Positions 49,278-59,672 are shown, numbered from the stretch's first letter. The stretch is 64,000 nucleotides of DNA from Hyphomicrobiales bacterium (GCA_026400565.1 JAPLOV010000129.1:22736-86735), one strand, 5' to 3'. Notes: generated from the letters alone by a model not told the origin. Numbers and translations are program-made.

Positions 49278-49308
49278 CCGTCATCCCGGCTCGAAGCCGG
49301 GATGACGG
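49278..49308. repeat. REP-like palindrome (may also act as a terminator)
   Basis: ccgtcatcccggc-tcgaa-gccgggatgacgg, perfect 13-bp stem. Confidence 0.75.
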
Positions 49309-49378
49309 CATCCGGTCACAGCTGATCGCTTCGTGATCGCACTCAGGCTATTCTGCCACCATGTGGCAGGAGAGACCC

Positions 49379-49885
49379 ATGACTGATGAACGCATCCGAG
49401 CGCTGGCGCATGAGTTGCTGGAAAGCGGCGTGGAACATCTGAGCGAAACCCAGCGCCGCTCCATCATGAATATCGCCCAGAAACGGCATGTCTCGCGCAA
49501 TGCCAGCCAGCACTATGACGAGGGGATGACTTTCGGTCAGCGGCTGTCCGACAATGTGGCCAAATGGGGCGGGTCGTGGTTCTTCGTCAGCGGTTTCGGG
49601 ATTTTCCTTGTCGCCTGGGCCCTGCTCAACTCCTGGCTGCTGACCAGCGACGCTCGTTTTGACCCGTACCCCTACATTTTCCTTAATCTCATCCTGTCGA
49701 TGATCGCGGCGATTCAGGCCCCGATCATCATGATGAGCCAGAACCGGCAGGCAGCGAAGGACAGAATCGAGGCGCAGCTGGACTATGAGGTGAACCTGAA
49801 GGCCGAGCTCGAGATCATGTCGCTGCACGACAAGCATGACCGGATGCATGCCATTCTGGAGCAGATCGCGGCACGAAAGGTGTAG
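49379..49885 (+). CDS. DUF1003 domain protein
   Basis: GQRLSDNVAKWGGSW, FDPYPYIFLNL.LS..AAIQAPIIMMSQNRQ. Confidence 0.9.
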   Translation: MTDERIRALAHELLESGVEHLSETQRRSIMNIAQKRHVSRNASQHYDEGMTFGQRLSDNVAKWGGSWFFVSGFGIFLVAWALLNSWLLTSDARFDPYPYIFLNLILSMIAAIQAPIIMMSQNRQAAKDRIEAQLDYEVNLKAELEIMSLHDKHDRMHAILEQIAARKV

Positions 49886-49893
49886 TCGCGCCC

Positions 49894-50364
49894 TCACCAC
49901 CGCGCGGCGGCGGCGTCATCCTCGGCCTTGGACTCGACCCAGGCACCGGTCGTGCCATCGATCAGATGTTCGCGCTTCCAGAAAGGCGCGCGGGTCTTGA
50001 GGTAGTCCATCATGAAGTCGGCGGCCTCGAACGCTGCCCTGCGATGGGCGGAGGCGGCGATGACCAGCACGATGTCTTCGCCCGGTGCGATCATGCCAAA
50101 GCGGTGGATCGCGGTCAGCCCCAAGAGCGGCCAGCGAGCCAGCGCGGTCTGGGCCACGCGCCCGATCTCGTCTTCGGCCATGCCGGGATAGTGCTCCAGT
50201 TCCAGCGCTCTCAGCCGCCCGCCCTCGTCGCGGCAAAGGCCGGTGAAGGCGACAATGCCGCCAATGTCGGCCCGGCCCGCCGTCACCCGCGCTGTTTCAG
50301 CTGGCACGTCGAAGGGGTCACGCTGGATGCGGATCGTTGCGCCGGGTACCGATCTGCCCTGCAC
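49894..50364 (-). CDS. moaE: Molybdopterin synthase catalytic subunit
   Basis: LELEHYPGMA, HRFG, SAHRRAAF, LKTRAPFWKRE. Confidence 0.94.
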   Translation of the reverse strand: MQGRSVPGATIRIQRDPFDVPAETARVTAGRADIGGIVAFTGLCRDEGGRLRALELEHYPGMAEDEIGRVAQTALARWPLLGLTAIHRFGMIAPGEDIVLVIAASAHRRAAFEAADFMMDYLKTRAPFWKREHLIDGTTGAWVESKAEDDAAAARW

Positions 50365-50365
50365 C

Positions 50366-50620
50366 TCACCCCCCCGTCATCGGCGGGAAGAAGGCGATCT
50401 CGCGGGCGTCGCCCAGGGCGGCATCATGCCCAGCATGGGTCTTGTCGAGCGCAACACGGATCACCGAGGCATGCTCGAAGGCATGGGCATAGACCTCGCC
50501 GCGTGTCTTCTGCCAGTCGAGCAGGGCTGCCACGGTGGTTACGGAGTCGGGCAGGTCGATGGTCTCATCGGGTTTGCCGACGCGTTCGCGCACCCAGGCG
50601 AAATAGACGAGCTTGGTCAT
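50366..50620 (-). CDS. moaD: Molybdopterin synthase sulfur carrier subunit
   Basis: KLVYFAWVRE...EIAFFPPMTGG (C-terminal GG). Confidence 0.94.
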   Translation of the reverse strand: MTKLVYFAWVRERVGKPDETIDLPDSVTTVAALLDWQKTRGEVYAHAFEHASVIRVALDKTHAGHDAALGDAREIAFFPPMTGG

Positions 50621-50628
50621 GTGTCGTG

Positions 50629-51243
50629 TCAGCCCTTCGGCTTGTCGTCCTCGGCCACCAGATAGCGGATGCCGGAGCGGAAGTAATCCCAGCCCGTATA
50701 GATGGTGAGCACGGCAGCCAGCCACAACAGCACGATGCCGATGATGATGGTGCCGGGAAGCACCGCTTCTCCTGCCGGGCCGGCGATGAGGAAGCCGACG
50801 GCCACGAGCTGGGCAGCTGTCTTCCACTTGGCCACCCGGCTCACCGGCACCGAGACCTTGAGTTCGGCCAGGAACTCGCGCAGGCCGGAGACAAGGATTT
50901 CGCGGCACAGGATAATGATCGCCGCCCACAGCGACAGGCCGGCAATGGTCTCGTCCGCGGCCAGCATCAGCAGGCAGGAGGCCACGAGCAGCTTGTCAGC
51001 GATCGGATCGAGCATGCGGCCAATCGCCGATTGCTGATGCCAGGCGCGGGCCAGATAGCCGTCGAAATAGTCGGTTACGGCGGCGATGACGTAGATCGCC
51101 AGCGCGATCCAGCGTACCCAGTCCTCGCGCGGCCAGAACAGCAGGCCGACCACGGCCGGGATGGCCAGGATGCGCCCATAGGTGAGCAGATTGGGCACTG
51201 AAAAGGGCCCCGATCGTCTCGAGCTGTCCGGCAGAATCGTCAT
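50629..51243 (-). CDS. pgsA: CDP-diacylglycerol--glycerol-3-phosphate 3-phosphatidyltransferase
   Basis: PNLLTYGR, TDYFDGYLAR, GRMLDPIADK, REILVSGLRE. Confidence 0.94.
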   Translation of the reverse strand: MTILPDSSRRSGPFSVPNLLTYGRILAIPAVVGLLFWPREDWVRWIALAIYVIAAVTDYFDGYLARAWHQQSAIGRMLDPIADKLLVASCLLMLAADETIAGLSLWAAIIILCREILVSGLREFLAELKVSVPVSRVAKWKTAAQLVAVGFLIAGPAGEAVLPGTIIIGIVLLWLAAVLTIYTGWDYFRSGIRYLVAEDDKPKG

Positions 51244-51326
51244 GCTCCTACACAATAGCGATGTGGTGTGACGGTCAACTGAAGGGGGCAGACGCAGCCT
51301 GTCACGCTCGCGTGCGGTGTAGCGCG

Positions 51327-51512
51327 TCAGGCGATGGACACCGCCGTGCCGGAGCGCAATACCATCAGCATCGGCTCGCCCGAGCCGAGTGCGCCGTCGT
51401 CGAGATCGACTCCCATGATGGTCTGGCCGGTGACGACGCCGGGGTAGCTCAGGATGCGGCGGCCTTCTATGCTGTTGGTGGTGGTGACGATCCTGGCAAG
51501 TTCTCCTGGCAA
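51327..51512 (-). pseudogene. Relic of a YbjQ (UPF0145) gene with an internal in-frame deletion
   Basis: IVTTTNSIEGRRILSYPGVVTGQTIMG is joined directly to VDLD...MLMVLRSGTAV. The roughly 50-aa central part is absent and the start region is replaced by a repeat. Confidence 0.75.
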
Positions 51513-51536
51513 GTTCTCCTGGCAAGTTCTCCTGGC
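51491..51536 (+). repeat. 13-nt tandem repeat x3.5 abutting the uvrC stop codon
   Basis: (tcctggcaagttc)x3 plus tcctggc. Confidence 0.9.
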
Positions 51537-53602
51537 TAGCCTTCGTGGAAATGGTCATGCACCGCCTTGGCGGTGGCGAGGTTGACGCCCGGTGCCTTGG
51601 CCAGATCCTCGAGCGAGGCGCGCTTGATGGCCTTCAGCGTGCCGAAATGCAGCAACAGCGCGCGCTTGCGGGTGGGGCCGATGCCGGCAATCTCATCGAG
51701 CGGGTTGGTCATCGTGTCGCGCTTGCGCCTGGCCCGGTGGCTGCCGATGGCGAAGCGGTGCGCTTCATCGCGCAGGCGCTGGATGAAGTAGAGGGCCGGA
51801 TCGCGCGGCGGCAGCTTGAAGGGTTCGCGCCCGGCGGCAAAGAAGGTCTCGCGCCCGGCATTGCGGTCCTCGCCCTTGGCGATGGCGACGAGCGGAATAG
51901 CCAGCAGACGCAATTCGGTCATCACGGCCCGCGCCGCCTCAAGCTGGCCCTTGCCACCATCGATGATGACGAGGTCAGGCGCGGAAGGGAAGGCGGCCTG
52001 GTCGATGTGTTCTTCAACAGGATCGTCATTGCTTCGCTCCGCTTGCAATGACGTGTCCACGCCCCCGGTCTGGGCTGCCACAAAGTCCGTCACGGCACTT
52101 GCTGCCCGCTCTTTCACCAGCCGTGAAAAGCGGCGGGTCAGCACCTCGCGCATCATGCCGTAGTCATCGCCCGCGGTGGTGTCGGTGCTGATGTTGAAGG
52201 TACGGTAATGGGCCTTCATGAACCCGTCCGGCCCGGCCACCACCATGCCGCCGACCGCATTGGTGCCCATGATGTGGGAGTTGTCATAGACCTCGACGCG
52301 CCGCGGCGGCCTTTCGAGGCCGAACGCCTCGCCAAGTGCGGCGAGCAGCCGGGTCTGGGCCGTGGTGTCGGCGAGCTTGCGGCCGAGCGCCTCGCGGGCG
52401 TTCTTGAGCGCCATCTCGACGAGATCGCGCTTCTCGCCCCGCTTGGGTGCTGCGACCTCGACCTTGTGGCCCATACGCGCGCTCAGGGCCGCGGCGAGCA
52501 GATCGATATCCTCGATCTCGTGCGAGATCAGCACCAGGCGCGGCGCCGGCTTGTCGTCGTAGAACTGGGCGATGATCGAGGCCAGCACCTCCGCGACCGG
52601 CAGGTTGCGGTCGGCCCGCGGGAACAGGGCGCGGTTGCCCCAGTTCTGGAAATTGCGGAAGAAGAAGATCTCGACGCAGAACTGCCCGGCCTGTTCGTCG
52701 ATGGCAAAGACATCCGCCTCCTCGACGCCTTGCGTGTTGATGTCCTGGCTCGATGTCACGGCGGAGAGCGCGGCCAGCCGGTCGCGGTAGCGCGCGGCGG
52801 TCTCGAACTCCATGTCCCCGGAGGCCTGCTGCATGCGCCGGGCAAGTTCTTGCTTCACGCCACTGGCGCGGCCCGACAGGAAGTCGCGCGCCTCGTCCGT
52901 GAGCTTGCCATAGTCCGCCAGCGAGATTTCGCCGGTGCAGGGCGCGGCGCAGCGCTTGATCTGGAACAGCAGGCAGGGGCGGGTGCGGTTGTCGTAGTAG
53001 CTGTCCGAACAGGAGCGCAGCAGAAAGGCCTTCTGCAGCGCGTCGATGGTGCGCTTCACAGCCCAGGCCGAGGCAAACGGGCCGAAATAGTCGCCCTTGC
53101 GCTGGCGCGAGCCGCGATGCTTGGTGATCTGCGGCGCGGCGTGGTCGCCGGTCAGCAGGATGTAGGGGAAGGACTTGTCGTCGCGCAGCAGCACGTTGTA
53201 GCGCGGCCTGAGCTGCTTGATCAGGTTCGATTCCAGCAGCAGCGCCTCGGTTTCGGTGCCGGTGGTGACGAACTCCATCTGCGCCGTCTCGGCGATCATC
53301 CGCGCCACGGCATTGGTGTGGGCGCGCCCGGCGGCATACTGGCCGACGCGCTTTTTCAGGTTCTTGGCCTTGCCGACATAGAGCACGTCGCCGGCGGCAT
53401 CGAACATGCGGTAGACACCCGGCGCGTTCGGAAGGTTGCGCACGAAGCCGGCGATGATCTCGGTGCCGGCCTTCAGCCGCTCGGGCACAGCGGCCAGATC
53501 GGCTGCATCCACGAGGTCGGCGTCATCGGGCAAGGTGACGCCGTTGCCGATCTCATCGCCAGACTCATCCTCCGGCATGTCGTCGCTGCGGTTGCGGCCC
53601 AT
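51536..53602 (-). CDS. uvrC: Excinuclease ABC subunit C
   Basis: [64 protein letters not shown], HhH IAGIGP. Confidence 0.96.
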   Translation of the reverse strand: MGRNRSDDMPEDESGDEIGNGVTLPDDADLVDAADLAAVPERLKAGTEIIAGFVRNLPNAPGVYRMFDAAGDVLYVGKAKNLKKRVGQYAAGRAHTNAVARMIAETAQMEFVTTGTETEALLLESNLIKQLRPRYNVLLRDDKSFPYILLTGDHAAPQITKHRGSRQRKGDYFGPFASAWAVKRTIDALQKAFLLRSCSDSYYDNRTRPCLLFQIKRCAAPCTGEISLADYGKLTDEARDFLSGRASGVKQELARRMQQASGDMEFETAARYRDRLAALSAVTSSQDINTQGVEEADVFAIDEQAGQFCVEIFFFRNFQNWGNRALFPRADRNLPVAEVLASIIAQFYDDKPAPRLVLISHEIEDIDLLAAALSARMGHKVEVAAPKRGEKRDLVEMALKNAREALGRKLADTTAQTRLLAALGEAFGLERPPRRVEVYDNSHIMGTNAVGGMVVAGPDGFMKAHYRTFNISTDTTAGDDYGMMREVLTRRFSRLVKERAASAVTDFVAAQTGGVDTSLQAERSNDDPVEEHIDQAAFPSAPDLVIIDGGKGQLEAARAVMTELRLLAIPLVAIAKGEDRNAGRETFFAAGREPFKLPPRDPALYFIQRLRDEAHRFAIGSHRARRKRDTMTNPLDEIAGIGPTRKRALLLHFGTLKAIKRASLEDLAKAPGVNLATAKAVHDHFHEG

Positions 53603-53724
53603 GGGCTGATGTAGTCGCAAGCAGGGTGGCTGGCCAAGGGGGCGAGACGGTTTTTGGCGCATTCGCCGCGCGCGTGCCCAAGGGGCAGGCTGTCATTCAC
53701 AGTGTTTGAAGGACACGCGCCCTT

Positions 53725-53740
53725 CCCGAGTCGACTCGGG
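53725..53740. promoter_or_regulatory. Perfect 16-bp palindrome holding two adjacent GANTC (CcrM) sites
   Basis: CCCGAGTCGACTCGGG between divergent uvrC and prs. Confidence 0.45.
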
Positions 53741-53839
53741 CTGCGGGCAAGGCTATGAGCCGACTGAACCACACAAGCCCCGCGCGCAATTGCCCTGCGC
53801 GCAATCGCTTCGAGGCCCTGACATGGCACGTGTAACCCG

Positions 53840-54772
53840 ATGAAACTGATTGCCGGCAATTCGAACCGTCCGCTGGCTGAAGGTGTCGCGAGCTATCTCG
53901 GCATCTCGCTGGCCAAGGCGCAGGTCAAGCGCTTTGCGGACATGGAAGTTTTTGTCGAGATCCAGGAAAACGTGCGCGGCGAGGATGTCTTCATCCTGCA
54001 GAGCACCTCCTTTCCCGCTAATGACCACCTGATGGAGCTGCTGATCATCACGGATGCGCTGCGCCGCTCCTCGGCCAAGCGCATCACCGCCGTGCTGCCC
54101 TATTTCGGCTATGCGCGACAGGACCGGAAACCCGGTCCGCGCACGCCCATTTCGGCCAAGCTCGTCTCCAACCTGATCACCCATGCCGGGGCCGACCGCG
54201 TGCTGACGCTCGACCTGCATGCCGGGCAGATCCAGGGTTTCTTCGACATCCCGGTCGACAATCTTTACAGCGCGCCGATCATCGCGCGGGACATCAAGCA
54301 GCGGCTCAACCTCAAGAACGTGATGGTGGTCTCGCCCGATGTGGGCGGGGTGGTGCGCGCCCGCGCCCTGGCCAAGCGCATCGATGCGCCGCTCGCCATC
54401 GTCGACAAGCGCCGCGAGCGGGCCGGCGAATCCGAGGTGATGAACATCATCGGTGATGTCGAGGGCACGACTTGCATCCTGATCGACGACATCGTCGATT
54501 CAGGCGGCACCCTGTGCAACGCCGCCGAGGCGCTGCTGAAGAACGGCGCCGCCGATGTCTACGCCTATTGCACCCATGGGGTGTTCTCGGGCGGGGCTGT
54601 CAGCCGTATCTCGCAGAGCAAGATCAAGGAATTCGTGGTGACGGATTCGATCATGCCGACCGAAGCCGTCAAGGTTGCCCGCAACATCCGCACCCTGCCC
54701 ATCGCCGAGTTGCTTGGCGAGGCGATCAAGCGGACGGCGACGGAGAGTTCGGTGTCGAGTTTGTTTGATTGA
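53840..54772 (+). CDS. prs: Ribose-phosphate pyrophosphokinase
   Basis: [42 protein letters not shown]. Confidence 0.96.
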   Translation: MKLIAGNSNRPLAEGVASYLGISLAKAQVKRFADMEVFVEIQENVRGEDVFILQSTSFPANDHLMELLIITDALRRSSAKRITAVLPYFGYARQDRKPGPRTPISAKLVSNLITHAGADRVLTLDLHAGQIQGFFDIPVDNLYSAPIIARDIKQRLNLKNVMVVSPDVGGVVRARALAKRIDAPLAIVDKRRERAGESEVMNIIGDVEGTTCILIDDIVDSGGTLCNAAEALLKNGAADVYAYCTHGVFSGGAVSRISQSKIKEFVVTDSIMPTEAVKVARNIRTLPIAELLGEAIKRTATESSVSSLFD

Positions 54773-54857
54773 TGGGTGCGTTGATGATGCAGGACGCAAG
54801 AACTGTGCATCAGTGGGATAACTGCGTTGTGTCTCTCCCAAGCACGCGGACCCAAAC

Positions 54858-55484
54858 TTGATCGAAGCTCTCCTGTCACCTGCACTCTTCGCCTTCTTTG
54901 TCGCTGCCGCTTCGCCGGGGCCGGCGACGTTGGCGGTTTCGACCACTGCAATGGCAGGCGGTGCGAGGGCCGCTGCGCAGTTGGGAGTTGGTCTGGCGGT
55001 CGGTCTGGGGTTCTGGGGACTGGTCGCAGCAGCGGGGCTGGGTGCAGTGCTTGTCCAATCCTCCATCGCGCTAACCGCCCTACGCTGGTTCGGAGGCGCT
55101 TATCTGCTCTGGCTCGCGTGGCAATCGGCACGCAACGCGATGGTGCCCGTTGCCGGGGTGGACCGCATCACTCCCGTCTCTGGCAGCAAGCTCATGTTAC
55201 GGGGACTTGTGCTCAATCTCAGCAATCCCAAAGCTGTTCTGGCCTGGATCTCCGTCCTCGCCCTTGGCGTCGGGTCGGCAGAAGGCAACCCGGGCTTGGC
55301 AATGACAACTGCTCTGTGCGCGGCTCTCGGCCTGGTCATCTATCTCGCTTATGCCGTCCTGTTCTCACAGGCGGCAATCCGGTCCGCATATAGCAAGGCG
55401 CGACGGGCAATCGACGGCATGGTCGCTGCGTTCTTCGGGTACTCGGGCCTTAAACTGATCCTGACGCGGCCGGATGCGAGCTGA
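54858..55484 (+). CDS. LysE/RhtB family translocator
   Basis: SPGPA, GGAYLLWLA, LNLSNPKA; six TM segments. Confidence 0.88.
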   Translation: MIEALLSPALFAFFVAAASPGPATLAVSTTAMAGGARAAAQLGVGLAVGLGFWGLVAAAGLGAVLVQSSIALTALRWFGGAYLLWLAWQSARNAMVPVAGVDRITPVSGSKLMLRGLVLNLSNPKAVLAWISVLALGVGSAEGNPGLAMTTALCAALGLVIYLAYAVLFSQAAIRSAYSKARRAIDGMVAAFFGYSGLKLILTRPDAS

Positions 55485-55584
55485 ACCAAGCGTCGAGGTC
55501 GTAACTCAGTTTGTTCCGGACTGGCCTTGGAAAGCTGGCGCCACTGCCATCAAGCTGCCCGCAAGGGATGGTTAAACTCCACAT

Positions 55585-55665
55585 CGTCATGGTCGGGCTT
55601 GACCCGATGATCTACGTTTGGCTGACCACAAAACGCGGATGCTCGTGTCGAGCACGAGCATGACG
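55585..55665. repeat. Degenerate REP doublet (RIME-like)
   Basis: cgtcatggtcgggcttgacccgatgatc ... ggatgctcgtgtcgagcacgagcatgacg. Confidence 0.65.
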
Positions 55666-55811
55666 GCGCTGCAACGCCCCCCACGCTTGCCACCTTCCGC
55701 CTTCCGCGTTATACGCGCGCTGCTCTCTCCAGACACCCTTGGAGGCTAGGGGGCGCTGCCGCCTTTGGCCTGATGCCGGGCGGCGGTTTCATTTCGTGAA
55801 GGATCAAACAC

Positions 55812-56453
55812 ATGTCCGCTGTGAAGCAGATCAAGGCTTCGGCGCGCGCGTCTGGTGGCAAGGGGGCCGCCCGCGCAGTTCGTCGTACCGGCAAGATTCC
55901 CGCCGTGATTTACGGTGGTGGCGAAGCCGCTGTCCCCATCGCGCTCGACTATGCCCAGACCAACCGTCTGATCTATGCCGGCCACTTCCTGACCACCGTG
56001 TTCGAAATCGATGTTGATGGCACCGTAATCCGCGCCATTCCGCGTGATTTCCAGCTCGAGCCTGTCAAGGACACGCCGCTGCATGTCGACTTCCTCCGGC
56101 TCACCGGCGCCACCGCGATCCGCGTGGTCGTGCCGATCCATGTCAGCGGCCAGGAGGCTTCCCCCGGCGTCAAGCGCGGCGGCATGGTACAGATCGTCGA
56201 GCACACGCTCGAACTGATGGCACCGGGCGACAACATCCCGGACAACATCGACATCTCGGTGGCGACGCTCAACATCGGTGGCTCGATCCACCTGGCCGAC
56301 ATCACGCTGCCGGCTGGCTGCAGGGCCATTACCCGCGAGAACCTGACCCTCGTCGCCGTCTCGACCCCGACCAAGATGGTCGAGGCCCTGACCAGCGCCG
56401 TGGCGGCTCCTGCGGCTGCTGCCCCTGCCAAGGCTGCGCCCGCCAAGGGCTGA
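55812..56453 (+). CDS. rplY: 50S ribosomal protein L25/general stress protein Ctc
   Basis: GKGAARAVRRTGKIPAVIYGG, HVDF, SPGVKRGG. Confidence 0.95.
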   Translation: MSAVKQIKASARASGGKGAARAVRRTGKIPAVIYGGGEAAVPIALDYAQTNRLIYAGHFLTTVFEIDVDGTVIRAIPRDFQLEPVKDTPLHVDFLRLTGATAIRVVVPIHVSGQEASPGVKRGGMVQIVEHTLELMAPGDNIPDNIDISVATLNIGGSIHLADITLPAGCRAITRENLTLVAVSTPTKMVEALTSAVAAPAAAAPAKAAPAKG

Positions 56454-56492
56454 CACGGCCAAGGGCTGACACGGCAAAGGGCTGACACCGGG
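56445..56492 (+). repeat. 16-nt tandem triplication including the rplY stop codon
   Basis: aagggctgacacggcc aagggctgacacggca aagggctgacaccggg. Confidence 0.85.
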
Positions 56493-56512
56493 CTCCGGTT
56501 CATGCGATGACG

Positions 56513-56538
56513 ACGGCCGGGCCAGCCCGGCCGTTTTT
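56513..56538 (+). terminator. Intrinsic terminator after rplY
   Basis: acggccggg-ccag-cccggccgt followed by tttt. Confidence 0.7.
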
Positions 56539-56573
56539 CGTTGCGGAACCGGCTTCTGTTGGAGACATGCAAG

Positions 56574-57164
56574 ATGCTGCTGCTGGTAGGCCTCGGCAAT
56601 CCGGGTGCGCGCTATGCGGGCAACCGGCACAACATCGGCTTTCTGGCGCTGGACGGCATCGCCCGATTGCTGCGCGCCCAGCCATGGCGGCAGCGCTTCC
56701 ACGGCGAGGTGGCGGAGGCCGTCATCGGGCAGGACACCTTCATGAACCTGTCTGGGCAGGCGGTGGCAGAGGCGGCGCGGTTCTACAAGATCGAGCCTGC
56801 CAATGTCATCGTCTTCCATGACGAACTCGATCTGGCTCCGGGCAAGCTGAGGGTGAAGCTCGGCGGCGGCAATGCCGGCCATAACGGCCTGCGCTCGATC
56901 ACCGCCTCGATCGGCAACGAGTATCGACGGGTGCGCATGGGCATCGGCCATCCGGGCGACAAGGCGCTGGTCCATGCCTATGTGCTGAACGACTTCGCAA
57001 AGGTCGAGCAGCCCTGGGTCGAGGACCTGATCCGGGCCTGCGCGGACCATGTCGCGCTGCTGGCCGCGGGCGACGATGGTCACTTCCAGACCAAGGTCGC
57101 GCTGAGCATGGACCAAAAAGGCTGGACAGATGTCGCCCGCTTGGGCGAGAAGCCGAGCAACTGA
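56574..57164 (+). CDS. pth: Peptidyl-tRNA hydrolase (apparently missing about 8 aa)
   Basis: VGLGNPG..Y..NRHNIGF, TFMNLSG, FHDELD, GGHNG-like AGHNGLRSI, RVRMGIGHP. Confidence 0.9.
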   Translation: MLLLVGLGNPGARYAGNRHNIGFLALDGIARLLRAQPWRQRFHGEVAEAVIGQDTFMNLSGQAVAEAARFYKIEPANVIVFHDELDLAPGKLRVKLGGGNAGHNGLRSITASIGNEYRRVRMGIGHPGDKALVHAYVLNDFAKVEQPWVEDLIRACADHVALLAAGDDGHFQTKVALSMDQKGWTDVARLGEKPSN

Positions 57165-57179
57165 GATCAGGAGTGCCCG

Positions 57180-58277
57180 ATGGGCTTCAAATGCGGAATT
57201 GTCGGCCTGCCCAATGTCGGCAAGTCGACGCTGTTCAATGCGCTGACGCAGACTGCGGCGGCGCAGGCGGCGAACTACCCGTTCTGCACCATCGAGCCGA
57301 ACGTGGGCGACGTGGCGGTTCCGGATCCGCGGCTGGATACGCTGGCCAGCATCGGCAAGTCGCAGGTGATCATCCCGACGCGCATCACCTTCGTCGATAT
57401 CGCCGGCATCGTACGCGGGGCTTCGAAGGGGGAGGGGCTCGGCAACCAGTTCCTCGCCAACATCCGCGAGGTTGATGCCATCGTGCATGTGGTGCGGTGC
57501 TTCGAGGATGGCGACATCACCCATGTCGAGGGCAAGGTCGATCCGCTCGCCGACATCGAGACCATCGAGACCGAACTGATGCTGGCCGACCTCGACAGCC
57601 TCGAAAAGCGCGTCGTCAGCCTTGAGAAGAAGGCCCGCTCCGGCGACAAGGACTCCAAGGAGCAACTGGCGCTGATCTCAAAGGCGCTGGTGCTGCTGCA
57701 GGAGGGCAAGCCGGCCCGCCTGACCCAGCGCACGGCGGAGGAGGAGCGCTCCTTCCAGATGCTGCAACTGCTGACTTCCAAGCCGGTGCTCTACGTCTGC
57801 AATGTCGAGGAAGCCTCGGCCGACAAGGGCAACGCGTTTTCGGCCCGCGTCTTTGCCCGCGCGGCTGAAGAGGGCGCGCGCGCCTGCGTGGTTTCCGCCA
57901 AGATCGAAAGCGAGATCGCGGTGATGCCGGCTGACGAGCAAGCAGACTTCCTTGAAGCGGTCGGCCTGCCGGAGCCCGGCCTCAACCGCGTCATCCGCGA
58001 GGGGTATGCCCTGCTTGGCCTGATCACCTATTTCACTGTCGGCCCGAAGGAGGCGCGGGCCTGGACCGTGTCGAAGGGCACCAAGGCCCCGGCGGCGGCG
58101 GGCGTGATCCACACCGATTTCGAGAAGGGTTTCATCCGGGCCGAAACCATCGCCTATGCCGACTACACGGCCCTGAACGGCGAGGCCGGCGCGCGCGATG
58201 GCGGCAAGCTCAGGCTCGAAGGCAAGGAATATGTGGTTGCAGATGGTGACGTGCTGCATTTCCGCTTCGCCAACTGA
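57180..58277 (+). CDS. ychF: Redox-regulated ATPase YchF
   Basis: [45 protein letters not shown]. Confidence 0.96.
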   Translation: MGFKCGIVGLPNVGKSTLFNALTQTAAAQAANYPFCTIEPNVGDVAVPDPRLDTLASIGKSQVIIPTRITFVDIAGIVRGASKGEGLGNQFLANIREVDAIVHVVRCFEDGDITHVEGKVDPLADIETIETELMLADLDSLEKRVVSLEKKARSGDKDSKEQLALISKALVLLQEGKPARLTQRTAEEERSFQMLQLLTSKPVLYVCNVEEASADKGNAFSARVFARAAEEGARACVVSAKIESEIAVMPADEQADFLEAVGLPEPGLNRVIREGYALLGLITYFTVGPKEARAWTVSKGTKAPAAAGVIHTDFEKGFIRAETIAYADYTALNGEAGARDGGKLRLEGKEYVVADGDVLHFRFAN

Positions 58278-58289
58278 GACCGCCCGGCC

Positions 58290-59291
58290 ATGACGCTGTT
58301 CTTCGAGGATTTCGCGGTCGGAGATAAAGCCAGCTATGGCCGGATGCCGGTCAGCGCCGAGGACATCATCGCCTATGCGAGCATCTTCGATGCGCAGGAT
58401 TTCCACATCGACGCAGAGAAGGCAGGATCGACCTTCGTGGGTGGCCTGATCAGCTCAGGCTGGCACACAGCCGCGCTGATGATGCGGATGATGACCGAGG
58501 GCTTCCTGCTGGACAGCGCCGGCATGGGTGCGCCTGGCCTTGAGGAGTTGAAGTGGCTGCGCCCGGTGCGGCCCGGCGATGTGCTGAGCATGCGCCACAC
58601 CGTTCTGGAGCGGAAGGAAAGTCGCTCGCGGCCCGATATTGGCTTGGTGCGCTTCCGTTTCGAGGTGCTCAACCAGAACGCCGAGCCTGTGCAGGAGGTG
58701 ACCAACTGGATCATCTTCGGGCGACACGGGCAGGTCGCACCACCGGCCTTTAGGGCTGCGCCAAGGCCAGCGCGCTATGTTCCGCCGGCCACGATCGGAG
58801 CGCTGGTGCTGCCGGAGGAACCGGCCATGCCGATTCCGCGCTTCGATGACGTGGTGATCGGCGCCGCGACTCCGCTTGGCCGCTTCACGTTCACGCCCGA
58901 CGACATCATCGCCTTTGCCGGCGCTTTCGATCCGCAGCGCTTCCATCTCGATGTGGCGGCGGCCGAGGCGTCGCTGTTCGGCGGGCTCTGCGCCTCGGGC
59001 TGGCACACGGGCGCGGTCTGGATGCGGCTGATGGTGGCGCATCGTCGGCGGGTTCAGGCGCTGATGGGCGATACCATGCCGAAGCTGGGTTCTTCCCCCG
59101 GCTTCAAAAACCTGAAGTGGCTCAAGCCTGTGTTTGCGGGCGACACGATCAGCTATGCCACCACCACGACAGATAAGCGGGCCTCCGCCTCGCGGCCCGG
59201 CTGGGGTCTGGTCTTCCACCACAACACCGGCATCAACCAGCGGGGTGAGACGGTGTTCATGTTCGATGGGTGCGTGTTCTGGGAGCGCTGA
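58290..59291 (+). CDS. Tandem MaoC-domain dehydratase
   Basis: Two repeats: FDAQDFH..GLISSGWHT and FDPQRFH..GLCASGWHT. Confidence 0.88.
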   Translation: MTLFFEDFAVGDKASYGRMPVSAEDIIAYASIFDAQDFHIDAEKAGSTFVGGLISSGWHTAALMMRMMTEGFLLDSAGMGAPGLEELKWLRPVRPGDVLSMRHTVLERKESRSRPDIGLVRFRFEVLNQNAEPVQEVTNWIIFGRHGQVAPPAFRAAPRPARYVPPATIGALVLPEEPAMPIPRFDDVVIGAATPLGRFTFTPDDIIAFAGAFDPQRFHLDVAAAEASLFGGLCASGWHTGAVWMRLMVAHRRRVQALMGDTMPKLGSSPGFKNLKWLKPVFAGDTISYATTTTDKRASASRPGWGLVFHHNTGINQRGETVFMFDGCVFWER

Positions 59292-59300
59292 GGGGCCTCA

Positions 59301-59657
59301 TCAATATAGCCGGCCACCATTGGGCACGCCATGGCCTGGCTGCAACAGCACGACCTCGCCGTCCGCGTCGGGCACACCAAGCGTCAGCACCTCGGACATG
59401 AACTTGCCGATCTGGCGTGGCGGGAAGTTGACCACCGCGAGCACCTGACGGCCAGGCAGCGTCTCGACCGTGTAATGCCGCGTGATCTGGGCGGAGGTCT
59501 TCCTGATGCCGAGTTCAGGGCCGAAATCGATCCAGAGCTTGATGGCGGGCTTGCGCGCTTCGGGATAGGGGGCGGCCTCGACGATGGTGCCGACACGGAT
59601 GTCGACCTTCATGAAGTCGTCGAAGCTGATCGGACCGGAGGGCGCGCGGGCATCCAT
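59301..59657 (-). CDS. csaA: tRNA-binding protein / chaperone CsaA
   Basis: DFMKVDIRVGTI, TSAQIT, VVNFPPRQIG..SEVLTLG. Confidence 0.92.
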   Translation of the reverse strand: MDARAPSGPISFDDFMKVDIRVGTIVEAAPYPEARKPAIKLWIDFGPELGIRKTSAQITRHYTVETLPGRQVLAVVNFPPRQIGKFMSEVLTLGVPDADGEVVLLQPGHGVPNGGRLY

Positions 59658-59672
59658 GACGAAGGAGCTCGC

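Noticed and set aside
55700-55811. rplY leader hairpins as a defined ncRNA
   Set aside because: GC-rich stems are present, but I cannot match them to a known family without a covariance search.
55746-57665. 639-aa minus-strand ORF
   Set aside because: Shadow of rplY, pth and ychF.
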